From IMG/VR virus record IMGVR_UViG_3300034520_000200, positions 22,066-86,065 of that record: a stretch of DNA of 64,000 nucleotides. One strand, written 5' to 3'. The notes beneath the pieces are model-generated. The model saw nothing but the letters and a program-made list of their open reading frames with translations, searched no databases and was not told where the DNA came from. The stretch is from a virus. The position numbers and the translations under genes are program-made. Shown piece by piece: positions 1 to 6,603 of this stretch (positions are counted from its first letter, which is position 1; every line of letters begins with the position of its first letter).

Positions 1-137
1 TCAGATTTTAGATTTTTGTTTTTCCAACCAGCGTTAAATACGTCGGTTCTAAGTCTAAATTCTGCGTCGGTTAGAACTTGTACTAATTCTTCTTGATTCA
101 AATTTTTGATAAACAGCCAGATTTTGTTTTCAGTCAT
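1..137 (-). CDS. small early-region hypothetical protein, 3' end beyond window (MTENKIWLFIKNLNQEELVQVLTDAEFRLRTDVFNAGWKNKNLKS...)
   Basis: Translated by hand; ATG at 137 preceded by AAGGAGGTGAAC SD and by a copy of the repeated promoter (171-223); frame open to the window edge. Confidence 0.7.
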   Translation of the reverse strand, partial: MTENKIWLFIKNLNQEELVQVLTDAEFRLRTDVFNAGWKNKNLKS

Positions 138-170
138 TTTGTTCACCTCCTTTCTATTCAAATTTTTTAT

Positions 171-223
171 TTTTTGTTTTTATTATATAATAAAGTTCTC
201 AAAAAATAAATAAAAATGTTTCT
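171..223 (-). promoter_or_regulatory. repeated early promoter cassette, copy 1
   Basis: Near-identical to 859-911; minus strand reads TTTATT-17 bp-TATAAT upstream of a strong SD. Confidence 0.7.
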
Positions 224-325
224 TGTTCTTGTTTATGAGTTTGCACTCTGTCTATGTTTTGTACTCTTTCAGATCTTATTTTGGGCTCTGTCATGTACTC
301 TTTCAGATAATTTTAAGTGAATAAC

Positions 326-353
326 AAAGAGGAGCAAAATTTGCTCCTCTTTT
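326..353. terminator. hairpin downstream of 395..616
   Basis: Inverted repeat aaagaggagcaaa / tttgctcctcttt. Confidence 0.7.
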
Positions 354-394
354 CAACTTATAATTGTGTAATACTTTTCAACAATCTTCTTTCA

Positions 395-616
395 TTATAT
401 CTGTTTGCCATTTACTGCTACAATTCTTCCACCATCAAAACCTTGTTTCCAATATGAATATCTGCCTGGTACGTTAGCATTGATTAATTCTATGTACCAT
501 CCATCAGGTTCACCATAATAATTTGCTGAATAAACTTGTCCTGTTACTAATATACCTTGGGCTGCTATGGTTAACATATCACCTTTATTTACTGTTATCT
601 TTCCGTCTGTTGCCAT
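395..616 (-). CDS. small hypothetical protein (73 aa, beta-rich)
   Basis: ORF track; SD AAGGAGG upstream; hairpin downstream. Confidence 0.8.
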   Translation of the reverse strand: MATDGKITVNKGDMLTIAAQGILVTGQVYSANYYGEPDGWYIELINANVPGRYSYWKQGFDGGRIVAVNGKQI

Positions 617-654
617 AGTATGAATTCCTCCTTTAAGACTTTATTTTATTTGTG

Positions 655-686
655 TGAAGGAAAAGCAAAATTTTGCTTTTCCTTCA
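655..686. terminator. hairpin between 702..830 and 395..616
   Basis: Perfect inverted repeat tgaaggaaaagcaaaa / ttttgcttttccttca. Confidence 0.65.
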
Positions 687-701
687 TTTTTTGATAAGTT
701 T

Positions 702-830
702 TTAATTCTGTATTTTCTTACGCCAGTTGATATACTGCTTGACATATTCTCTGAATGAGATAGGATTTTCAACATCTTCGCAATACATCTTATACATTTT
801 TTTGAGATTTCTGAATAGCTTTAGATTCAT
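702..830 (-). CDS. 42-aa basic peptide MNLKLFRNLKKMYKMYCEDVENPISFREYVKQYINWRKKIQN (not in ORF track)
   Basis: Translated by hand; AAGGAGGTGAAC SD, directly behind promoter copy 2, followed by hairpin. Confidence 0.7.
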   Translation of the reverse strand: MNLKLFRNLKKMYKMYCEDVENPISFREYVKQYINWRKKIQN

Positions 831-858
831 TGTTATGTTCACCTCCTTTATTTATATT

Positions 859-911
859 TTTTTGTTTTTATTATATAATAAAGTTTTCAAAAAATAAATA
901 AAAATGTTTCT
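859..911 (-). promoter_or_regulatory. repeated early promoter cassette, copy 2
   Basis: 53-bp repeat of 171-223 with one mismatch. Confidence 0.7.
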
Positions 912-927
912 AACTGTTAAGTTAAAT

Positions 928-952
928 GGGAAGGGCTAAATTAGCCCTTCCC
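928..952. terminator. hairpin downstream of 962..1417
   Basis: gggaagggctaa / ttagcccttccc inverted repeat just after the stop. Confidence 0.7.
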
Positions 953-961
953 TTGTTATTC

Positions 962-1417
962 TTATTGCATTTCGTAATGTTCAAGATATTCTTCTACCAG
1001 ATATCCTCTTAGTGCATTTCTTACTCCATTAAAGAATTGAGCTTTTTCATGGTCATCTAGATCTTTTAATTCTTTATCAAGCTCATTTTCAGGATAATTT
1101 TTGTAAGTGCTTACAAAGTATGGAGCTTCGAATTGATCGATTAGTTTTTTCAGATCTTCAATTGATGGCTTATCTTCTTCAAAGCTGTCAGAAAATCCAG
1201 TACCAAAGATGACTTGGCTTTCGAACCATTCTACTCCTTTCATATAAAGTTGATGTGCGCTTAGCTTCTTGCTCATTTTAACTCCTCCTTTTTCATAATT
1301 TGTTGTAATCTTATGCATAGTTTTTCCAGTGTTTTCAGGGCCTACACATCTTGACATGTTAATCTCCTCCTTTTCATTTTTAGAATTTAAGGGGCTCTTT
1401 ATTAAGTTTTCGTTCAT
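962..1417 (-). CDS. hypothetical protein with three SD-equipped in-frame starts (1417, 1357, 1276)
   Basis: ORF track 962..1426; each of the three ATGs is preceded by AAGGAGG. Confidence 0.75.
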   Translation of the reverse strand: MNENLIKSPLNSKNEKEEINMSRCVGPENTGKTMHKITTNYEKGGVKMSKKLSAHQLYMKGVEWFESQVIFGTGFSDSFEEDKPSIEDLKKLIDQFEAPYFVSTYKNYPENELDKELKDLDDHEKAQFFNGVRNALRGYLVEEYLEHYEMQ

Positions 1418-1470
1418 TTTATTCACCTCCTTTCCAGTTGACTTAGTCTATTTAATTTTATTATTTTTTA

Positions 1471-1513
1471 TATTATAAAATAAAGTTTTCAAAAAATAAA
1501 TAAAAAAGTTTCT
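1471..1513 (-). promoter_or_regulatory. repeated early promoter cassette, copy 3
   Basis: tattataaaataaagttttcaaaaaataaataaaaaagtttct matches copy 2 with 2 mismatches. Confidence 0.65.
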
Positions 1514-1514
1514 A

Positions 1515-1805
1515 ACTCTTATTGTACATTGTCTTTTTATTCTTACAGTGTACTCTGCGCTTACTCTTTTTTTGTACTCTTTCAGTGTACTCTAATTTTG
1601 TATTCTTTCAGTAAGACTCTTACAGAGGGCTCTGCTCTATAAATGTTTTGTGTTCTTTTTAGTGTGCTCTTATTCTTGTTCATTGTAGTTTGTAGTCTTG
1701 TAGAGACTCTTGTCTGGAACTCTGTTATGCAGTCTTCTTTACTCTTATAGTGTAAAAGGGCTCTGAAGTTAGTTCTAGTCGGTTTTATGTTAGAAAAGGG
1801 CTCTG
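1515..1805. repeat. strand-biased array of RCTCT pentamers (14 exact copies, ~13-bp spacing in part)
   Basis: Counted directly at 1515,1552,1563,1576,1589,1616,1629,1634,1666,1706,1719,1741,1760,1800. Confidence 0.7.
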
Positions 1806-1814
1806 TTCTGGTGT

Positions 1815-1847
1815 TATATAAGGAGAGGCATTACCTCTCCTTATATA
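1815..1847. terminator. hairpin overlapping stop of 1831..1980
   Basis: tatataaggagagg / cctctccttatata inverted repeat. Confidence 0.65.
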
Positions 1848-1980
1848 TTTCAATAGTAATCTGGATTACTGCTGTTATGTATATCTTCTGGAACTCTTTA
1901 TAATGTATCTGGTTTTTGAACTCTTCTGGAAAACCTCTATATACTTCTTTTAACTTTCTCTCTTTTAACTGTTTAACCAT
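1831..1980 (-). CDS. 49-aa hypothetical peptide MVKQLKERKLKEVYRGFPEEFKNQIHYKEFQKIYITAVIQITIEIYKER (not in ORF track)
   Basis: Translated by hand; AAGGAGG SD 7 nt upstream of ATG. Confidence 0.65.
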   Translation of the reverse strand: MVKQLKERKLKEVYRGFPEEFKNQIHYKEFQKIYITAVIQITIEIYKER

Positions 1981-2007
1981 ATTAAAACCTCCTTTAAATT
2001 TAAATTG

Positions 2008-2030
2008 AGGGGGGGGATTGCTCCCCCCTT
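2008..2030. terminator. G/C hairpin downstream of 2035..2400
   Basis: agggggg...cccccct inverted repeat. Confidence 0.55.
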
Positions 2031-2034
2031 TGCC

Positions 2035-2400
2035 TTATCCCTTGATTCCCGGGATCGGCCGTTTCCCTTGTTTCCAGGCCTCGGCGATTAGTTTTACCAC
2101 CTTCCGCAGTTCTTCCAGGTCCCTCGTTTTCAACCTGCCGCACATTGTCCCGAGGTGTTTTGCATAGGCTGTTTGAGGAGTGATGTGTTCGTAATTGATT
2201 GCTTCGTATTGGATTGGGATGTTAACCTCGAGGTTGATTAGTGTTTGGTCTTTTACTGCGACGAGTTTTGCGATTCGAGTACCTGCCACGAACCACGTGG
2301 TGCCGGTGGTGCGTGTTTGGGGCTCTGCCTTAATCGATTTCACCTCCTCTTGTATGATTTTTACCCCTTGCAGATAGTTGTTGGTGGTTTTTGTGGACAT
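2035..2400 (-). CDS. GC-rich hypothetical protein, paralog of the C-terminal domain of 56722..57648
   Basis: ORF track; SD AAGGAGG; shared RTTG...NxExNxP...TP..A..KHLG...DL motifs. Confidence 0.8.
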   Translation of the reverse strand: MSTKTTNNYLQGVKIIQEEVKSIKAEPQTRTTGTTWFVAGTRIAKLVAVKDQTLINLEVNIPIQYEAINYEHITPQTAYAKHLGTMCGRLKTRDLEELRKVVKLIAEAWKQGKRPIPGIKG

Positions 2401-2677
2401 TTAGTCCAGCCTCCTTTTATTTTTTATTATATTTTACGCGGGTTGCGCGTAAAATTTATTTTTATATTTAATTATCAAGGTGCGCGATTATAATTTTAAT
2501 TTTAAATTTAAAATTTTAATTTTTAAATTTAAAATTATTTATTATTTAATTATATTATATTATATATTTAAAAAGAAATAAATTAAAAATTAAAAGGGGT
2601 GGGGTTATTTTTTTTATTAATAAATTAATATTTTTAAAACCGCTTTCCTACCCTCTCAGCCCTCACACACCCTTTCG

Positions 2678-2741
2678 AAACTTTTCATGTCCAGAAAGGC
2701 TGTCTCCCATCTCTCAAAAACTTTTCATGTCCAGAAAGGCT
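2678..2741. repeat. two 24-bp direct repeats AAACTTTTCATGTCCAGAAAGGCT (40-bp period)
   Basis: Exact copies at 2678-2701 and 2718-2741. Confidence 0.9.
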
Positions 2742-2772
2742 ATAACACTTCTTACAAACTATTAAATTGTTG

Positions 2773-2838
2773 TTTCAAATTGGTATAATTTAAAATGGGA
2801 ATCAATTTCAAATTGGTATAATTTAAAATGGGAATCAA
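2773..2838 (+). repeat. 33-bp tandem duplication containing extended -10 TGGTATAAT upstream of spoIIID
   Basis: TTTCAAATTGGTATAATTTAAAATGGGAATCAA at 2773-2805 and 2806-2838. Confidence 0.85.
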
Positions 2839-2870
2839 TTTTAAATTAAAATATCAAAGGAGGCTTCAAT

Positions 2871-3158
2871 ATGAAAAGAACCAAAATAGACAAACTTGAA
2901 TGCTACAAAAACCGTTGCTTAGAATTTGCTGACTACATCCTTAAAAAAGGCTATACAATCAGACAAACTGCTTCTGAACTAAACTACTCAAAAACTCTTA
3001 TCTGGCATGACATCCATAATCGACTTCCTCAGTTCGACAGCGAACTTTATGTTCAAGTCTGTCAAAAACTCAAAATCAATCAGCATTTGGGACAACTTAG
3101 AGGTGGAATTTCAACCAGTTTGAAGTGGAAAGGAGTCAAAAATAATGAAAAGAAGTGA
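2871..3158 (+). CDS. spoIIID: SpoIIID-like sporulation transcription regulator
   Basis: YI...TIRQTA...SKT...DI..RLP..D..L...V...L......LRGG..T..K pattern follows Bacillota SpoIIID over its full length; SD AAGGAGG. Confidence 0.9.
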   Translation: MKRTKIDKLECYKNRCLEFADYILKKGYTIRQTASELNYSKTLIWHDIHNRLPQFDSELYVQVCQKLKINQHLGQLRGGISTSLKWKGVKNNEKK

Positions 3159-3477
3159 CTTAATAGATCTTACGAAAGAAATTTCAAGTCTTAAATATAA
3201 AATTTCACAGTTAAAAGAAGAAATGGACAAAGAAATCAGAAAAATTACTTCTAAATATGAAACTCAAATTAAAAAATACGAAACAGCTTTAGAAGTATTT
3301 AGAGAGATGAATGAAGTTTGCGAATATTGCGAAGGAAGAAAAGGAAGTACAATGGCTTCTGCAGCAGGTCATAATGACGGTGAATGGGTCCCATGTTCAG
3401 TCTGTAAAGGAACAGGACTTGCTCATCCTGTTGGGAATGAAACAAAACGTGAGGTATTTAAGTCTTTACAAATATGA
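3145..3477 (+). CDS. coiled-coil protein with DnaJ-type CxxCxGxxG / CxxCxGxG zinc finger
   Basis: CEYCEGRKG and CSVCKGTG motifs. Confidence 0.7.
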   Translation: MKRSDLIDLTKEISSLKYKISQLKEEMDKEIRKITSKYETQIKKYETALEVFREMNEVCEYCEGRKGSTMASAAGHNDGEWVPCSVCKGTGLAHPVGNETKREVFKSLQI

Positions 3478-4169
3478 AAAAGATTAAGAAGTATAGGATT
3501 TTTGCAGTTTCAGACATCCACGGTCATTATGACGAATTTGTGAAATTACTTAAAATAGTCAGATTTGATGAAAAATATGACAAGCTTGTTGTATTGGGTG
3601 ATTGTGTAGATAAGGGTCCAGATTCAAAGAAACTTTTATTAAAATTGATGGAGATGAATAGAAATGGTTGTTGTGAATTGATTTTAGGAAATCATGAGAT
3701 TATGTTTTTAGATACAGTTTTAGGAAAATTTCCTTTTAAGTTATATTTTAGAAATGGAGGAAAAAGTACATTTCTTAGTTTTGGAATTAATTTTAAAGAA
3801 AGGTATTATAGTCTTGAAGAAATACAAAATATAATTAGTCACAGTCTTATTCGATGGCTTTTGCAGAGACCTTTGTACTATGAAACTTTAGATTTTATAT
3901 TTGTACATGCAGGAATAAAACCAGGTATTCCTCTTTGTAATCAGAATCGAGACGATTTGTTATGGTGTAGAGAAGAATTTTATAAGAATTATAAAAGTGG
4001 AAAGAAGGTGATATTTGGACATGTACCCGTTCAGATGATTCATGGTAAAAATGACATTTATGTCAGTTATAATTCAATTGGAATAGATACAGGTGCTGGA
4101 GGAAATAAATATCTTACAATGGTTGACTGTTACAGTCTTAAAGTCTACCAAGTGAGAATTAATAGATAA
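3474..4169 (+). CDS. Ser/Thr protein phosphatase (calcineurin-like metallophosphoesterase)
   Basis: SDIHG, GDxVDKG, GNHE, FVHAG, FGH, IDTG motifs. Confidence 0.92.
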   Translation: MKKIKKYRIFAVSDIHGHYDEFVKLLKIVRFDEKYDKLVVLGDCVDKGPDSKKLLLKLMEMNRNGCCELILGNHEIMFLDTVLGKFPFKLYFRNGGKSTFLSFGINFKERYYSLEEIQNIISHSLIRWLLQRPLYYETLDFIFVHAGIKPGIPLCNQNRDDLLWCREEFYKNYKSGKKVIFGHVPVQMIHGKNDIYVSYNSIGIDTGAGGNKYLTMVDCYSLKVYQVRINR

Positions 4170-4239
4170 GTTTAGTTTATATTGAATTAGTAAAAATAGT
4201 CAATAACAAATTTACTTCATAGTTAAATGAGGAGGTATT

Positions 4240-4497
4240 TTGGATATTATGGAAAAAAAGAAGTATGAAGATACTGATGAAAAATGTAACTGGAAATTTT
4301 TAAGAGAAAAAATAATTAGTTTTATAAATTTCATTTATTTTTTGTATTTTAGTACAGGGTTTATAATTACTTTATTAGAATTTGAACCATCAAAAAATGC
4401 ATCTTTTATTCAATCTTTAGTAGATACTATAAAATTTGCAATCGATATAATATTCTGGTTGCCTTTTAAATTAGCGTCGATTTTCTGTAACATATAG
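4240..4497 (+). CDS. small membrane protein (two hydrophobic segments); probable start ATG 4249 or TTG 4240
   Basis: ORF track; SD GAGGAGG. Confidence 0.65.
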   Translation: MDIMEKKKYEDTDEKCNWKFLREKIISFINFIYFLYFSTGFIITLLEFEPSKNASFIQSLVDTIKFAIDIIFWLPFKLASIFCNI

Positions 4498-4643
4498 ATT
4501 TAAGTTTAAATGGCTTTAAATGACACTTGTTGATTAAAAATATAGACTGATTCTATAAATTACTATTAAATAACCTAATATAATTTTATTTGGAAGGTTA
4601 ATTTGAGCTGCTAGACACAGTTTTAGAAGGCATAAAATTAAAA

Positions 4644-5012
4644 TTGGAGGTAAAAATAATGGAAAATTTAAAGAAAAATGTTATCTTTGATCCTGGACCA
4701 ATTCTTGAAATTATTCAATCTAAGACTGGTAAATTAGATCAAAAAATTGTTTTTAAAAATATTTTATATAACTCTGACAACAATTTGATGGATAAAAGTT
4801 GTTGTCAATTTAATAAAGATATAAAAACATTGAATATTTTAGGATTTATCAATGGTATTTTATCTGAAACTGTAGGAAAAGTTTTAGTTGTATATATAAA
4901 ATATAATTGTAATAATGTTGAATTTACTGGTAATATTACACAAAAATGTAAAGAAATGTTTGAAAGGGGTGAATTTGATATTATAAAATTTGAAATTGTT
5001 GATAATAAATAG
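4644..5012 (+). CDS. hypothetical protein (probable start ATG 4659)
   Basis: ORF track; GGAGG SD before MENLKK. Confidence 0.7.
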   Translation: MEVKIMENLKKNVIFDPGPILEIIQSKTGKLDQKIVFKNILYNSDNNLMDKSCCQFNKDIKTLNILGFINGILSETVGKVLVVYIKYNCNNVEFTGNITQKCKEMFERGEFDIIKFEIVDNK

Positions 5013-5034
5013 ATAACTTGGTAGGTGAAATAAG

Positions 5035-5946
5035 TTGGGTAGAAGAAGAGATTGGGAATGGCCAGAAATTTGCTGCAATACATGCAAAAACTTATCATCG
5101 CAGGTTCCTTGGGATATGGATAGAGGTGAAGCAATGAAATACCTCTATTATTTTTGTCCTGTAGTTAAAAGAAAAGTTGAAGTAGAAGAAATTGTTAATC
5201 CCAAAAAGATGCCGTGTAAAGGTAAAAATCATATAAAAATTCAAAGACAATGTAATGCTATTGTCAGATGGAGTGGAAGTCCTCATCTTAAGAAACTTCA
5301 AGAAAATGGAATATTTATGAGATGCAGAAGAGAAGCAGTACATGGAACTACTGTTTGTGCTGTTCATGGAGTAACACCTAAAAAAAGAGTCATGGAGGGA
5401 ACTAGAATGGAAGTTTGGCAAAAAAGAAAGAATAAATTAGAATACTTTGAAAATGAAATTAAAGAAAAAATTGAGGCTTTTAAAAACGATCCTGATTTAG
5501 AGAAACTTGAATTTGAATTAGGCTATTTAAAATCACTTCTTCCGAGGATAGAAGAATCTAATGAGATAGATACAATTGATAAATTTAAACTCCTTCAAAG
5601 GACTTTGGATTCTATATTTAAAAATATGGAAGCAAGAGAAAGAATTATTGAACAAAGACGTTACAGTTTGGGAGTAGAAAAAGTTCAAATGCTTATGAAA
5701 TATGTATTTGAAGCTGTTAAAAAGCACGTTTCTGATGTTAATATTCTCAAAAAAATAGGTCGAGAAATACAAGGAATAGCTTTAAAAATGAAAAATATAG
5801 ACGAAGAAGGAGAATTAATGGAAGATCCTAATGATTTAGAAGAATACGCTGAAGAAGTCAAATTTTTGCCCAATAAAACAGCTCTAGAAATCGAAAAATC
5901 CTTTGAAAAAGCTAAAAAGAAGGTCAAAAAAGTTAAAAAATCATAA
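5035..5946 (+). CDS. putative terminase small subunit (Cys/His-rich N-terminus, helical C-terminus)
   Basis: QCNA...RCRREAVHGTTVCAVHG zinc-binding pattern; position upstream of TerL. Confidence 0.55.
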   Translation: MGRRRDWEWPEICCNTCKNLSSQVPWDMDRGEAMKYLYYFCPVVKRKVEVEEIVNPKKMPCKGKNHIKIQRQCNAIVRWSGSPHLKKLQENGIFMRCRREAVHGTTVCAVHGVTPKKRVMEGTRMEVWQKRKNKLEYFENEIKEKIEAFKNDPDLEKLEFELGYLKSLLPRIEESNEIDTIDKFKLLQRTLDSIFKNMEARERIIEQRRYSLGVEKVQMLMKYVFEAVKKHVSDVNILKKIGREIQGIALKMKNIDEEGELMEDPNDLEEYAEEVKFLPNKTALEIEKSFEKAKKKVKKVKKS

Positions 5947-5970
5947 AAATGATCAAAAAGAGGGGTAAAA

Positions 5971-6597
5971 ATGCTGAAAAAAAGCGGATTTTTTGTAACT
6001 TTTGAAGGTCCAGATATGACTGGAAAATCGACCCAAATTCAGCTAGTAAGCGAAATTTTGACCCAAAAAGGGTACAAAATTACTCAAACTTTTGATCCTG
6101 GAGGGACTGAAATAGCCCAAAAAATCAGGGAAATTATCAAAAATTATGCTGGAGATATGGTATTAATCACTGAATTATTGTTATTTTGTGCTGCTAGAGC
6201 AGAAATAGTTCACAAAGTTATCATTCCATCCTTAGAAAGAGGTGATATAGTACTTTGTGATAGATTTATTGACAGTACTTTAATATATCAGAGTTATGTT
6301 AGAGGTTGGAATGAAGGAATAATTAACAGTTTACATTCTCTAGTATGTTCTACACCAAAAACTTACGGAAAAGTATTTGGAATTTATCCTGATTTGACAT
6401 TTATTTTTACTGGCCGACAATTCAAACATAAAGAAAACAAAGATTTTTATGACAAAGATGTTGAATTTAATAAAAAAGTTATCGAAGGGTATAACAAATT
6501 GAGTAAATCAAGATATATTAAAATCAATTCTGATTTAGATAAAAATGAAATTGCAAAATTTATTGCTGAAACTATTATCAATAAAATTGAGGAGTAA
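5971..6597 (+). CDS. tmk: thymidylate (dTMP) kinase
   Basis: FEGPDMTGKSTQ P-loop, PGGT, ELLLFxAARA, CDRF..S..YQ, PDLT motifs. Confidence 0.92.
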   Translation: MLKKSGFFVTFEGPDMTGKSTQIQLVSEILTQKGYKITQTFDPGGTEIAQKIREIIKNYAGDMVLITELLLFCAARAEIVHKVIIPSLERGDIVLCDRFIDSTLIYQSYVRGWNEGIINSLHSLVCSTPKTYGKVFGIYPDLTFIFTGRQFKHKENKDFYDKDVEFNKKVIEGYNKLSKSRYIKINSDLDKNEIAKFIAETIINKIEE

Positions 6598-6603
6598 TCG
6601 GTT

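Noticed and set aside
171-1513. Repeated ~50-bp units as CRISPR repeats or integron attC sites
   Set aside because: Separated by whole genes, not palindromic, and contain a TATAAT promoter; no integrase seen
1582-1683. 33-aa minus-strand ORF MNKNKSTLKR... within the RCTCT array
   Set aside because: No SD, unlike all neighbouring genes, and covers only part of the array
2195-2493. Plus-strand ORFs 2195..2377 and 2245..2493
   Set aside because: Antisense to the SD-equipped 2035..2400 gene; open only because local GC is high
2678-2741. 24-bp direct repeats as a mini CRISPR array
   Set aside because: Only two copies, 16-bp spacer, no cas genes recognised
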